NCBI GenBank assembly: GCA_045587985.1
Contig: JAZNDG010000087.1
Span: 1-58,043, forward strand
Origin: Eubacteriales bacterium
GTDB taxonomy: Bacteria > Bacillota > Clostridia > Oscillospirales > CAG-272
Length of the DNA: 58,043 nt
Direction: 5' to 3'
Part shown: positions 8,923 through 18,589 of the stretch, in pieces
How the letters are laid out: the number at the start of each line of letters is the position of its first letter
Position numbering within the stretch: position 1 is the first letter of the stretch
Notes under the pieces: generated by a model
The model's input: only the letters and a program-made list of their open reading frames with translations
What the model was told of the DNA's origin: nothing
Database searches by the model: none
Program-made: the position numbers and the translations under genes

Positions 8923-9877
8923 CGGCATTCTCGGTGATCTCCACCGTGAATTCCTCGTCCTCTCCGATAGCGGCCTCGGAGGCCTTGTCGGTCAGGAAGA
9001 TGACGATCTTGCGGTTCGAATCGTTGCCGATCGAGTTGGTCGAGACCCCCTCAATGCTCTGCACCTCCGAGTGGATAATGCGGCGCTCGTAAGCGCTCAT
9101 CGGCTCAAGCATAACGTTGCGTCTGTTCTTGAGTGCCTGCTCGGCCTTGCGGCGGGCGAGTGCGCGCAGGGTATCCTCGCGCTTGGCACGGTAGCCCTCC
9201 ACGTCAACCGTCACACGGGTCTTGATGCGCTCACCGTTCTCGTTCTTCTGCGCGCCTGCAAGGTTCGTGAGGTACTGCAGGGCATCCAGGGTGTCGCCGT
9301 GATGGCCGATAAGGGCAGAGGAGCCCTCACCCGTGATGGAAATGCGGAGCGTCCCATCGCTCGAGGAGAAGAGGTTCGCCTCGGCCTCAAGGCCCATATT
9401 GGCGATCAGTGTACGGACGAAATCAAGCGTTCTGTATTCGCCGGGAGCGGCCTCGATCTTCAGGAAGGTCAGCTCACTCTCGGGGATCACCACGCTGCGC
9501 ATGGTCGAGGTGTCCTTGGTCTTGGCATCGCGCACGGCTGCCTCGATCTCGGCGCGGCGGCTGCTCTGTGCCTCGCTGCGGCCACCCTTGCCGCCGCGGC
9601 GGCGGGTGCGGGCTCTCCCGGGGCGCTCGCGCTCACCGCCGGCGGCGGGGGCAGCGGCCTCCTTCTTTTCGCCGCGGTTGCGGCGCTCGGGGGCATCGGG
9701 AAGCTCAATATAGGCGCGCACCTTGGCGGGGCGGGCACCAATGCCGAAGATCCCCTTCGTACCAAGGTCAAGAATTTCAAAGTTTACGTCATCGTTCGGG
9801 CCGGCACCGAGGGCGGCCACGGCGTTTTCCTTCGCAACGGAAAGGTCCTTGCCGGTTGCGGTAATTTCCTTTATCAT
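8915..9877 (-). CDS. jag: Jag/EloR (KhpB) RNA-binding protein, KH and R3H domains
   Basis: KGIFGIG, LIGHHGDTLDALQYL, EPMSAYERRIIH. Confidence 0.95.
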   Translation of the reverse strand: MIKEITATGKDLSVAKENAVAALGAGPNDDVNFEILDLGTKGIFGIGARPAKVRAYIELPDAPERRNRGEKKEAAAPAAGGERERPGRARTRRRGGKGGRSEAQSSRRAEIEAAVRDAKTKDTSTMRSVVIPESELTFLKIEAAPGEYRTLDFVRTLIANMGLEAEANLFSSSDGTLRISITGEGSSALIGHHGDTLDALQYLTNLAGAQKNENGERIKTRVTVDVEGYRAKREDTLRALARRKAEQALKNRRNVMLEPMSAYERRIIHSEVQSIEGVSTNSIGNDSNRKIVIFLTDKASEAAIGEDEEFTVEITENADE

Positions 9878-9890
9878 GGTCTATCCTTTC

Positions 9891-11030
9891 TTATTCGTCT
9901 TCGTTTTTGCGGTCATCCTTCAGGGGGGCTGCCGAAATCTTGCCCGTCCCCTTGCCTGCCTGCGGCTTCTGCGTTTTGGAAGCCTGCGGCTTCTTTGCTG
10001 CCGCAGCCTGCGGGCGCCGGCCCTTGTTGCCGCCTTGCGTGCTCCTCTTGGGCGCTACCGGCTCATAATCGTCATCATCGTCAATATGATGGAGCGAGCG
10101 GGGGCGCGGGCGGTCCTCACTATACTCGACCGCTTTCTTGGGGGCCTTGCCGCGCAACTCACGCTCGGCGGCCTTCAATTCCTCCTCGGTAAAGGTCGGC
10201 AGGGGCATAAGCTTGGCAAGCAGCACCATCTGCAGAATGCCGAGCAGCGCCTGGAAGAACCAGTAAAGGCCGAGGGCGGAGGGGAGAGTAAAGGCGAGGA
10301 ACAGGGTCATCATGGGCATCACAAGATCCATGATCTTCATGGACATCGCGGCTTCCTTCGTCTGGCTCTGCGCAGCCATCATGGGGTTCAGCCAGCGCGA
10401 GAGCTTCATGGTTAAGAACTGCGAGGCAAATACGACCACCGGGATGAGGAGCGCCCAGGACCAGAAGCTGGGGGCGGCGGCAAGGTCGATAACGCCAAAG
10501 AGAGTAAAGTTCGGCAGATTGACCTCGGCAAGCTCGGGGAAATTCTCAACACCCTTTTTAATCACCTCACCGAGAATATTGATCTCGTTGGCTGCATTTG
10601 TTTCGTTGATGAGAGGGTTTTCGACCAGCGCCTTGATCACGTCCTCACCCAGCATACAGATGTAGGAGAGGGGGCGCTGGATGATGCGGTACAGGATCAG
10701 AATGAGGGGGAGCTGGATAAGCATGGGAAGGCAGCCGGAAAGGGGAGAATAGCCCTCCTTCTGCTGCATTTCCATAATCTCCTGCTGCTTTTTACGCAGG
10801 GTCACCTGGTCGGTGCGCCCGGCATATTTCTTTTCAATGGCGTACATCTTGGGGCGGAGACGCGCACCCTTGATCTGGTTTTTCTGCTGCTTGATGCCAA
10901 AGGGGAGAAGGAGAAGCTTCACAAAGAGCGCAAACCAAAGAAGCGCCATGGCATAGCTGCCGAATCCGATGGTGTCATAGCAGAAGCGGATCACATACCC
11001 AAGCCCCTGGTAAATAAATTCGAACATCAC
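9891..11030 (-). CDS. yidC: Membrane protein insertase YidC/Oxa1
   Basis: [31 protein letters not shown]; synteny. Confidence 0.93.
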   Translation of the reverse strand: MMFEFIYQGLGYVIRFCYDTIGFGSYAMALLWFALFVKLLLLPFGIKQQKNQIKGARLRPKMYAIEKKYAGRTDQVTLRKKQQEIMEMQQKEGYSPLSGCLPMLIQLPLILILYRIIQRPLSYICMLGEDVIKALVENPLINETNAANEINILGEVIKKGVENFPELAEVNLPNFTLFGVIDLAAAPSFWSWALLIPVVVFASQFLTMKLSRWLNPMMAAQSQTKEAAMSMKIMDLVMPMMTLFLAFTLPSALGLYWFFQALLGILQMVLLAKLMPLPTFTEEELKAAERELRGKAPKKAVEYSEDRPRPRSLHHIDDDDDYEPVAPKRSTQGGNKGRRPQAAAAKKPQASKTQKPQAGKGTGKISAAPLKDDRKNEDE

Positions 11031-11302
11031 ATTTCCTCCATCATAGTGTTTTCATCTTCCTCCCGCGTTCTGCTGAAGGGGCGTATTCCCTTGAGGGGTA
11101 CGGGGTCATAGCCCGCACGACAAAAGGGGTTGCAGCGCAGAATGCGCCACACCGAAAGGAATAGACCCACAAAAAAGCCACGTTTTTCAAATGCTTCGAT
11201 CGCATAGGCAGAGCAGGTTGGAGTGAACCTGCAGCAGGGCGGTTTGGCGGGGGAGATAAATTTTTGGTAGCCGCGTACAAGCGCGATCGCAATGCGCTTC
11301 AT
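11027..11302 (-). CDS. yidD: Membrane protein insertion efficiency factor YidD
   Basis: [31 protein letters not shown]. Confidence 0.95.
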   Translation of the reverse strand: MKRIAIALVRGYQKFISPAKPPCCRFTPTCSAYAIEAFEKRGFFVGLFLSVWRILRCNPFCRAGYDPVPLKGIRPFSRTREEDENTMMEEM

Positions 11303-11673
11303 ACGGTGAGCTCCAATTTCCGAAAGGCGCGCACAAGGTCGCGCGCAATGACCTGGCTTTTGACCGTGACGGCACGCTCACGCGCGGCGATCACGATAAG
11401 ATAGCCTGTCCTGATAGGTGCCTCCCGTACGGCCGCGCGAAGACCCTCGCGCAGAATGCGCTTGGTACGGCTGCGTACGACGGCGTTTCCGAGCTTTTTC
11501 GAAACGGTGAGCCCGATACGGTTGACCACCTTCCCCTCGGGGTGGGCTTTAGAGAGCCGCTTTGCGGCATAATCGGGGAGAAGATAAACGGCAAGATGCT
11601 CGGTTACATACCGCTTACCCTTTGAATACGCTTTGGCAAACAGGTGATTTTCACAAATAGCGGGGAATTTCAT
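11299..11673 (-). CDS. rnpA: Ribonuclease P protein component
   Basis: [21 protein letters not shown]; position after rpmH; AGGAGG RBS before ATG 11673. Confidence 0.92.
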   Translation of the reverse strand: MKFPAICENHLFAKAYSKGKRYVTEHLAVYLLPDYAAKRLSKAHPEGKVVNRIGLTVSKKLGNAVVRSRTKRILREGLRAAVREAPIRTGYLIVIAARERAVTVKSQVIARDLVRAFRKLELTV

Positions 11674-11748
11674 GCATGCCCTCCTTTTTGGCAAACAAAA
11701 ACTCCGATATAGGCCGAAGCGGATATCGGAGTTTATTGTCGGCACATA

Positions 11749-11883
11749 TCAATAGGTAAGCTGGGCTCTGCCTTTGGCGCGTCTTCTCTTCAGAACTTTT
11801 CTACCGTTAGCGGTTGCCATTCTCTTTCTGAAGCCGTGCTCAACTTTTCTCTGTCTTTTCTTAGGCTGATAGGTTCTCTTCAT
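11749..11883 (-). CDS. rpmH: 50S ribosomal protein L34 (not in ORF track)
   Basis: Manual translation [44 protein letters not shown]; AAGGAGGTG RBS. Confidence 0.98.
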   Translation of the reverse strand: MKRTYQPKKRQRKVEHGFRKRMATANGRKVLKRRRAKGRAQLTY

Positions 11884-11971
11884 GGCGACACCTCCTTCTT
11901 AGGATACAAGGTTCGATTACATACCGTGAAATCACGGAAAAGGACTCGTCCTCGCGTATTCATACTCACTT

Positions 11972-12000
11972 ATTATACGCGAAGGCGCCTTCTTTGTCAA
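11972..12000 (-). promoter_or_regulatory. Sigma-A promoter of rpmH operon
   Basis: TTGACA-17-TATAAT on the minus strand. Confidence 0.85.
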
Positions 12001-12044
12001 GGGCTTTCACAAAACTTTTCCAATTATTTTATAGAGATATAGGC

Positions 12045-12295
12045 TTATTCGGCATCAAATGGGTAGGAAACGCCGATGATCTTTCTGATCGCATCCATCC
12101 GGGCAAGCACCTTGAGCGTGCACAAGATGGGATGGATCGCGCTTTCAAGCTTGCCTGTATGGTATCCACCTCCGTGCCAAACAGCATGGCGGCAAAATGC
12201 AGGGTGCAAACGCCCACGCCAAGGAGTGCCCCTCCCGCCATATCGTTGCGGAAGATATAATATTACCGGGGGGGCGGCAATGCCCCATCTTTCAT
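12045..12295 (-). pseudogene. Collapsed remnant of a Gfo/Idh/MocA oxidoreductase
   Basis: Fragments in different frames: RWGIAAP/GNI, IFRNDMAGGALLGVGVCTLHFAAMLFG, GKLESAIHP...MDAIRKIIGVSYPFDAE*. Confidence 0.65.
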
Positions 12296-12314
12296 ATATG
12301 CCCCTTTTTGCGGC

Positions 12315-13592
12315 TCAATAAAATTTTTCGCGCTTCTTCTTCCGGATGTAGATGAAGAGAATGAACCCGATCATCCCGCCGAGGATCAGACCGGTTACGA
12401 TATACGCACCAAGATCCCCGCCACCGCCGATCTTAAGCTCCTCCCAAAGGGAGTTCGAGTATTCAAGCGTATCCTGCGGCAGATTGCGGAAGTAGTAGGT
12501 GGGGTAATCGCTGATATCGGGATAGAGAATTTCATCCTCGAAATACTCGTACTCCGGATCCAGCGCCACCGCATCGTTCGGGGTCGCGTAGCAGATGTAT
12601 TCGGCGATCTCCTTTGCTACATTGTATTCCTCTCCGCCCACCGTGATCTCTGTCGAAAGAGTGAAGTCGATAAACCGCTCGGCCACCAGCTTGCGGTCGG
12701 CCGGCGTATTCTTCGGAATGCAGAAGGCGTCCACAAAGATGTTGGTGCCCTCCATCGGATACACGAGCGCGAGCGCCTCGTTTTCCTCCTGCATGGTGTA
12801 GAAGTCGCCCGCATAGTAGGGGGCCATCGCGGCGGCACCGCTTTCCATCTTGTTAAAGACCTCGTCCATCACATAGGCCTGCACGATGTCCTTCTCCTTC
12901 TGCTCCTTCAGCATGGAAAGGGCCTCCTGCCAGCGCGATTCGATATCGGTGTTGACGTAGTTTTCGTTAAAATCCTGGCCGGTCTTGCCATTTTCATAGC
13001 CGAGGATGTATTGCGGAATACCAAAGGCATCGCGCGAGTTGTTGAAGTTTAAGATCTGCCCTTTGTAATCCTCATCCCAGAGGATGCGCCAGGAGACCTC
13101 CCCCTCGAAATCGGCCATCTTCACCATCTCGGTATTGTAGATCAGGCCCACAAGACCGTAGGTATAGGGGACCGAGTAAAGCCTGTCGGGATCGTAATCG
13201 GGATGGTGAAAGCGCTCGTTGATGTTTCCGAAATTCTCGATGTTCTCAAAATCAATGGGCGCAAGCCGATCCTCGGCGATCAGCCGCTCGATCATATAGT
13301 CGGAGGGGATAATGAGGTCGATCTTGGAGGAGCCGTTCTTCAGCTTGGCGTACATTTCCTCATTTGAGGAGAAGATCGAGTAGATCACCTCCACCCGCTC
13401 ATCGTATTTTTCGTAGTAATACTCCTCAAAGAGCTCAAGCACGTTCTCCGAATCATCGGCGCCGAGGGGCATATATTCGCCCCAGTTGTAGATATAGAGC
13501 CTTGTCACCTTCTCACCGCAGGAGGAAAGGCCGAGCATCGGTACGGCCAAAACGACAAGGAGAAGCAGCATAGAAAGAATGCGCTTTATCAT
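12315..13592 (-). CDS. potD: Spermidine/putrescine ABC substrate-binding lipoprotein with extra C-terminal TM helix
   Basis: LSSC lipobox, YNWGEY, SNEEMYAKL, PSDYMI, YAGD, EGTN. Confidence 0.92.
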   Translation of the reverse strand: MIKRILSMLLLLVVLAVPMLGLSSCGEKVTRLYIYNWGEYMPLGADDSENVLELFEEYYYEKYDERVEVIYSIFSSNEEMYAKLKNGSSKIDLIIPSDYMIERLIAEDRLAPIDFENIENFGNINERFHHPDYDPDRLYSVPYTYGLVGLIYNTEMVKMADFEGEVSWRILWDEDYKGQILNFNNSRDAFGIPQYILGYENGKTGQDFNENYVNTDIESRWQEALSMLKEQKEKDIVQAYVMDEVFNKMESGAAAMAPYYAGDFYTMQEENEALALVYPMEGTNIFVDAFCIPKNTPADRKLVAERFIDFTLSTEITVGGEEYNVAKEIAEYICYATPNDAVALDPEYEYFEDEILYPDISDYPTYYFRNLPQDTLEYSNSLWEELKIGGGGDLGAYIVTGLILGGMIGFILFIYIRKKKREKFY

Positions 13593-14422
13593 TTGGCGGC
13601 CTCCTTTCTCTTCTTCTTGGCAAGGCGGGCTTCCTTACTCTCCATGCGCGCGCTCATCACGTTCGACAGCACAAGGAGCAAAAGCACCGTACCGAAGATC
13701 AGGGTGGAAAGGGCGTACATATCGGGTGTTACGGTACGCTTGGTCATACCGTAAATGACGATCGGCAGGGTCTGGAAGTCCTCTGCGTTGAAATAGCTGA
13801 TCACAAAATCGTCAAGCGAGAGGGTAAAGGCCATCAGAAAGCCCGAAAGGATGCCGGGCATAATGGCGGGCATCTCCACCTTGAAGAAGGACTGAAGGGG
13901 CGTGCAGCCAAGGTCGCGCGCGGCCTCGGGCAGGCTCTTGTCCATCTGGCGGAGCTTCGGCAGGACCGAAAGCAGCACGTAGGGGATATTGAAGGTCACG
14001 TGCGCGATGAGCACGGTGGTGAAGCCAAATACGCTCGTCATACCGAGGGCCATCATAATAAAGGTGAATAAGAGGGCAAGCGAGATACCCGTCACAATGT
14101 CGGGGTTCATCATCGGCACGTTTGAAACCGACATGATGCTTGCCTTTAAGTAGCGGTTCTTCATCTTCGAGATGCCAACGGCTGCGGCCGTCCCGATCAG
14201 GGTGGCGATCACCGAGGAAAGAAGTGCGAGGAGAAGCGTGTTCTTCAAGGCCTCCATCACCTCGGCGCGCGCAAAGAGCTCGCCGTACCAGCGGAGGGAG
14301 AAGCCTGAGAAGACCGAAAGGCTCTTGCCCTCGTTGAAGGAGAAGAAGACCATAATGGCGATCGGCGCATAGAGAAAGAGAAGAACAAGGCCGGTATAGA
14401 TACGCGAAAGCGTCTTGCTCAT
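13589..14422 (-). CDS. potC: Spermidine/putrescine ABC permease
   Basis: FLYAPI, EAARDLG, FTLSLDDFVIS. Confidence 0.93.
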   Translation of the reverse strand: MSKTLSRIYTGLVLLFLYAPIAIMVFFSFNEGKSLSVFSGFSLRWYGELFARAEVMEALKNTLLLALLSSVIATLIGTAAAVGISKMKNRYLKASIMSVSNVPMMNPDIVTGISLALLFTFIMMALGMTSVFGFTTVLIAHVTFNIPYVLLSVLPKLRQMDKSLPEAARDLGCTPLQSFFKVEMPAIMPGILSGFLMAFTLSLDDFVISYFNAEDFQTLPIVIYGMTKRTVTPDMYALSTLIFGTVLLLLVLSNVMSARMESKEARLAKKKRKEAAK

Positions 14423-15234
14423 ACCACGATCCCTCCTTCCTCGTCACCAAAGCGGTTCATCACCGCCATCGAAAGAAGGACAAGCACCATCAGCACCAGC
14501 GAGAGGGCGGCGCCCATGTTGTAGTTGTTGTTGGCCATAAACTGGCGCTCAATGGTATCGCCGATCAGGTCAAAGCTGCCTCCGCCCATCTTCTGCGAGA
14601 TGTAGAAGGTGGAGATCGAGGGAACAAAGACCATCGTAATGCCCGAGATCACACCGGGGAGCGAGAGGGGCATCACCACCTTGCACATGGCAAGAAAGCT
14701 GTTGCACCCAAGATCCCCCGCCGCCTCAAGAAGCGAGTTGTCAAGCTTTTGCATCACCGTGCAGATCGGGAGCACCATGTAGGGCAGGAAGTTATAGACC
14801 ATACCGAGGATGACCGCACCGCTCGTGCCGAGCATGGTCCACTCGGTGCCGAGGATGGTGTTGATAAGACCGTTGGTCTCAAGCAGGTTCATCCAGCAGT
14901 AGGTGCGGATCAGGAGGTTCATCCACATCGGGAGCATCACAAGGAGGATAAGCACCCCTTGGGTATGCTTCTTCATCCGCGAGATAAAATAGGCAAGCGG
15001 ATAGGCGATGAGAAGGCAGATAAAGGTTGCAATCACCGCAAAGCAGATCGACCGCAGGAAAATCAGAAGATAGTCGGCTGTGAAAAGGTCGATGATGTTG
15101 ACAAAGGAAAAGCTGCCGTCCCGATCGGTGAAGGCATAATAGAGGACGAAAAGCAGGGGCGCCACGATGAAAAGAACGCTCCACACCACGTGGGGGGCGG
15201 CCGCCACCGAGCGCCGCAGGGAACGCGCCTGCAT
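14419..15234 (-). CDS. potB: Spermidine/putrescine ABC permease
   Basis: LPMWMNLLIRTY, YNFLPYMVLP, EAAGDLG. Confidence 0.92.
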   Translation of the reverse strand: MQARSLRRSVAAAPHVVWSVLFIVAPLLFVLYYAFTDRDGSFSFVNIIDLFTADYLLIFLRSICFAVIATFICLLIAYPLAYFISRMKKHTQGVLILLVMLPMWMNLLIRTYCWMNLLETNGLINTILGTEWTMLGTSGAVILGMVYNFLPYMVLPICTVMQKLDNSLLEAAGDLGCNSFLAMCKVVMPLSLPGVISGITMVFVPSISTFYISQKMGGGSFDLIGDTIERQFMANNNYNMGAALSLVLMVLVLLSMAVMNRFGDEEGGIVV

Positions 15235-15238
15235 CGCC

Positions 15239-16354
15239 TTACTCCTCATCGGGGTCGGGGTTCGACAGCTCGTCCATCTCATTGCTGAAGGTGCTGTAAT
15301 CCCCGAACATCCCGGAAAACTCGGATTTCTTCATGATGTGAATGGCATCAGGCTCAATATAAAGTCCGATGTTCGCGCCCACCGCCACAAAGTCGGTGGA
15401 CTGGATCATCCACTTGAAGCCGTCAATATCCACGATGATCTCATAATGCACGCCCTTGAAGGTGACAGAGGACACCACGCCGCGCAGCATACCGCGCTCA
15501 GGCTCCACCACGTCCACGTCCTCGGGGCGCACCACCACGTCAACAGGCTCGTTCTTCTCAAAGCCGCCGTCAACGCAGTCAAAGAGATGCTTTGCAAAAT
15601 AGACCTTGCGGTCGCTCTGCATAATACCGTCAATGATATTGCTCTCGCCGATAAAGTCGGCCACAAAGGCATTCTTCGGCTCGTTGTATATATCGGTCGG
15701 CGTGCCGATCTGCTGGATGACACCGCCCGCCATGACCACCACGGTATCCGACATCGAAAGTGCCTCCTCCTGGTCATGCGTGACGTAGATAAAAGCGATC
15801 CCGGTCTGCTTCTGGATCTTCTTCAGCTCGTTTTGCATATCCTTACGGAGCTTTAAGTCAAGCGCGCCGAGCGGCTCGTCAAGAAGCAGAACGCGCGGCT
15901 TACCGATGAGCGCGCGGGCAATGGCCACGCGCTGCTGCTGACCGCCCGAAAGCAGGGTGACGTTGCGCTTTTCAAAGCCGCGGAGGGCCACAAGCTCCAG
16001 CATTTCCTTCACACGCACAGAGATCTCTGCCTCGGGCACCTTACGCAGGCGCAGGGCAAAGGCAATATTCTCGTACACATTAAGATGAGGGAACAAGGCG
16101 TATTTCTGAAATACCGTGTTTACCTGACGCTTATGCGGGGGCAGATCGTTGATGTTCTTGCCGGCAAAGTAAACCTGGCCTTCAGCAGGGGAGACGAACC
16201 CGCCGATGATACGCAGGGTCGTGGTTTTGCCACAGCCCGAGGGACCGAGAAGTGTCACAAACTCGTTGTCCCTGATATAGAGGTCGATGTTATTGAGAAT
16301 CTTCTCGCCATCGAACTCCTTGGTAATTCCTCTTAACTCAATGATTTTTTCCAT
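15239..16354 (-). CDS. potA: Spermidine/putrescine ABC ATPase
   Basis: [40 protein letters not shown]. Confidence 0.95.
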   Translation of the reverse strand: MEKIIELRGITKEFDGEKILNNIDLYIRDNEFVTLLGPSGCGKTTTLRIIGGFVSPAEGQVYFAGKNINDLPPHKRQVNTVFQKYALFPHLNVYENIAFALRLRKVPEAEISVRVKEMLELVALRGFEKRNVTLLSGGQQQRVAIARALIGKPRVLLLDEPLGALDLKLRKDMQNELKKIQKQTGIAFIYVTHDQEEALSMSDTVVVMAGGVIQQIGTPTDIYNEPKNAFVADFIGESNIIDGIMQSDRKVYFAKHLFDCVDGGFEKNEPVDVVVRPEDVDVVEPERGMLRGVVSSVTFKGVHYEIIVDIDGFKWMIQSTDFVAVGANIGLYIEPDAIHIMKKSEFSGMFGDYSTFSNEMDELSNPDPDEE

Positions 16355-16418
16355 TTTTTATCCGTCATGCTCTCCTTTCGGAATAGGATGGTCACTACCT
16401 TATAGGTAGTCGATTAGC

Positions 16419-16447
16419 ATTATAGCAAAACGAGCGACAAAATGCAA
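16419..16447 (-). promoter_or_regulatory. Sigma-A promoter of potABCD
   Basis: TTGCAT-17-TATAAT with TG extension, minus strand. Confidence 0.7.
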
Positions 16448-16547
16448 TCGTTTTTCCAAAAAAACTTCAAAATTTTTATATGGAAAAAGAAGTGCTCGGG
16501 AGACGGATAAAAGCGGCGAAGAAAAAAACGCCCGCTCGGGCGGGCGA

Positions 16548-17117
16548 TTATGGGGTGCCGGCAGCACGGAAAAGGAGCGGCAGGATCAGAATGAGCGCCC
16601 CTGCGCCGCCCTCCTTCAGCAGGAGGAAAAGGAGCGAAAAAAGCAGGAAAAGAAAAGTGGATATACCTACGCCGCTTCGGACTTTCTCGGCAATGCCGAG
16701 AGGAAAGAGAAGGGCGGCGGTACAGAAGAGGACTCTTGCACCGTCATGGCGGCCGAGCGGCAGAAGGTTTAAAAGTCCGCAAAGCGCGTGGATGACCCCA
16801 AGGGCGCAAAGGGCCGTGTTCTCCTTAAAAAGGGTAAGGAGAGGCAAGGCAAAAAGGAGGTTAAAAAGGGGCCCTGCCGCGGCGGCAAAGAGCTCGTGCC
16901 GGTAGGAAAGCGGTCGCCGCATGGTAAGAGTGAGGCCGAGGAGCACCGCATGCGGCGCGGGTGGGGGCTCCCCAAGGAGCCAAAGGGCGGCAAGATGCCC
17001 TCCCTCATGCAGGAGGACGGCCGAGAGGAGCATAAAGAGCTCGGACGGGGTGAGAAGAAAGAGAAGGGGGAAAAAGGGGAGCGCCGCCGCAAAGAGCCGT
17101 TTATTCTGCACCGTCAA
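16548..17117 (-). CDS. Site-2 protease family M50 (SpoIVFB-like) membrane peptidase
   Basis: LLHEGGH (HExxH), AGPLFN, NLLPLGRHDG; start uncertain. Confidence 0.8.
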   Translation of the reverse strand: MTVQNKRLFAAALPFFPLLFLLTPSELFMLLSAVLLHEGGHLAALWLLGEPPPAPHAVLLGLTLTMRRPLSYRHELFAAAAGPLFNLLFALPLLTLFKENTALCALGVIHALCGLLNLLPLGRHDGARVLFCTAALLFPLGIAEKVRSGVGISTFLFLLFSLLFLLLKEGGAGALILILPLLFRAAGTP

Positions 17118-17307
17118 GCATCAAAAAGGCGATGACCGCCTCGCTTTCAAGGAGATTTCCCACCGCCGTTTCTCTTTCTTCGTGCGGAAAGAGAAGAGCG
17201 GCAATGCCACCGAAAAGAAGCGAGAGGAAAAGGACGGCGGCGGTGATCGATAAGAGCGTGCGTCCCGTTACTCCCTCGGTCGCGGCTCCCTTTTTTTCAA
17301 ATGGCAT
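17101..17307 (-). CDS. Small hypothetical membrane protein
   Basis: GGAGG RBS, one TM segment, overlaps the M50 gene. Confidence 0.5.
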   Translation of the reverse strand: MPFEKKGAATEGVTGRTLLSITAAVLFLSLLFGGIAALLFPHEERETAVGNLLESEAVIAFLMLDGAE

Positions 17308-17394
17308 AAAAAGACCTCCGTATCGTTTTTATTATGCGTATGCCCTGCTTTTTTTGTTTATGCGGCAAAGAAAAAAGAAAAAAGGAAAAGTCTA

Positions 17395-17423
17395 TTGACA
17401 AACGCATGGGGAGCGGATATAAT
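17395..17423 (+). promoter_or_regulatory. Sigma-A promoter of dapA-dapB-lysA
   Basis: TTGACA-17-TATAAT. Confidence 0.9.
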
Positions 17424-17428
17424 AAAGG

Positions 17429-17590
17429 TGTGATAGAGGCGCGTATGACAAGAGTACCGCAAGGCCTTTTGCCCCTGCCAAAGGGGTGCCTGTGGGAAAG
17501 GGGAGTACGCCGAAGGGGGCTTTTGGCAGAGCTTTCCTGGCAAAGGGAATAACATCCTGTTTGCTGTCGCGTTTGCGGAGTGCTATCGCC
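17429..17590 (+). promoter_or_regulatory. Lysine riboswitch (L-box) aptamer
   Basis: gatAGAGGCGC...GAAAGG...GCCGAA...CTGTC...GGAGTGCTATC; P1 gatag/ctatc; lies upstream of lysine biosynthesis genes. Confidence 0.92.
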
Positions 17591-17600
17591 TTTTGGGATG

Positions 17601-17652
17601 CCCATCGTTTGCGGCATTCCTCTTGGCCTGTCCGCAAGGATGGGTTTTTTTA
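17601..17652 (+). terminator. Riboswitch expression-platform terminator
   Basis: cccatc.ttgcgg...ccgcaa.gatggg stem followed by a T tract. Confidence 0.75.
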
Positions 17653-17691
17653 GTTTATAATGCGTGCAAAGCACGAAAGGAAGGGACTCTT

Positions 17692-18579
17692 ATGAGAACA
17701 AAACCGATTTTTGAGGGCGCTGCTACCGCGCTCGTGACCCCCCTGACCGCCGAGGGCATTGACTATGCCGCATTCGGCCGCCTGATCGATTGGCAGATCG
17801 ATGCGGGGATTGATGCGCTGGTTGTCTGCGGCACCACCGGTGAATCCTCGACTCTTACCGATGAAGAGCACCGTGAGGCCATTCGTTATGCGGTTGGGCG
17901 TGTAGGCGGGCGTGTTCCGGTCATTGCCGGCACCGGCTCGAACGATACGGCCTACGCCGTTGATCTTGCCAAATTCTCCGAGGAGGTGGGCGCGGATGCA
18001 CACCTTGTCGTGACGCCTTATTATAATAAGGCGACCCAGCGCGGTCTTATCAAGATGTACGAAACCATCGCGGATGCCTGCAACCTCCCGATGATTCTTT
18101 ATAACGTGCCCTCCCGCACCGGCGTGAATATCGAGCCTGCGACCTATGCTGCACTTGCCGACCATCCGAACATTGCGGCCATCAAGGAGGCGGGCGGCAA
18201 TATCTCGAAGATCGTAGAAACGGTTGCTCTTGTCGGGGATAAGCTTGACCTGTATTCGGGGAACGATGACCAGATCGTGCCGATCATGGCCTGCGGCGGC
18301 CGCGGTGTCATCTCGGTGCTTTCCAACCTGGTGCCGAAGGAAACCTCGCTTCTTTGCAAGAAATTTCTTGCGGGGGATGTTGCGGGTGCGATGCAGATGC
18401 AAACGCATTATCTGCCCCTTATCAACGCCCTCTTTTCGGAGTGCAACCCGATCCCTGCCAAGGCCGCGATGAGTGCAATGGGCTTTTGTGAGGATTACCT
18501 CCGCCTGCCGCTGACCCCGATGGAGGATGCCCACCGTGAGGTGCTCCTCTGCCTGATGCGCGCAGAAAACTTGATTTGA
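17692..18579 (+). CDS. dapA: 4-hydroxy-tetrahydrodipicolinate synthase
   Basis: GTTGES, TPYYNK, LYNVPSRTG, IKEA, NPIP. Confidence 0.96.
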   Translation: MRTKPIFEGAATALVTPLTAEGIDYAAFGRLIDWQIDAGIDALVVCGTTGESSTLTDEEHREAIRYAVGRVGGRVPVIAGTGSNDTAYAVDLAKFSEEVGADAHLVVTPYYNKATQRGLIKMYETIADACNLPMILYNVPSRTGVNIEPATYAALADHPNIAAIKEAGGNISKIVETVALVGDKLDLYSGNDDQIVPIMACGGRGVISVLSNLVPKETSLLCKKFLAGDVAGAMQMQTHYLPLINALFSECNPIPAKAAMSAMGFCEDYLRLPLTPMEDAHREVLLCLMRAENLI

Positions 18580-18589
18580 GGATTCTTTT

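Noticed and set aside
11884-12045. oriC upstream of rpmH
   Set aside because: No dnaA and no consensus DnaA boxes seen
12029-12241. 70-aa ORF as a real gene
   Set aside because: Better explained as one frame of the Gfo/Idh/MocA remnant
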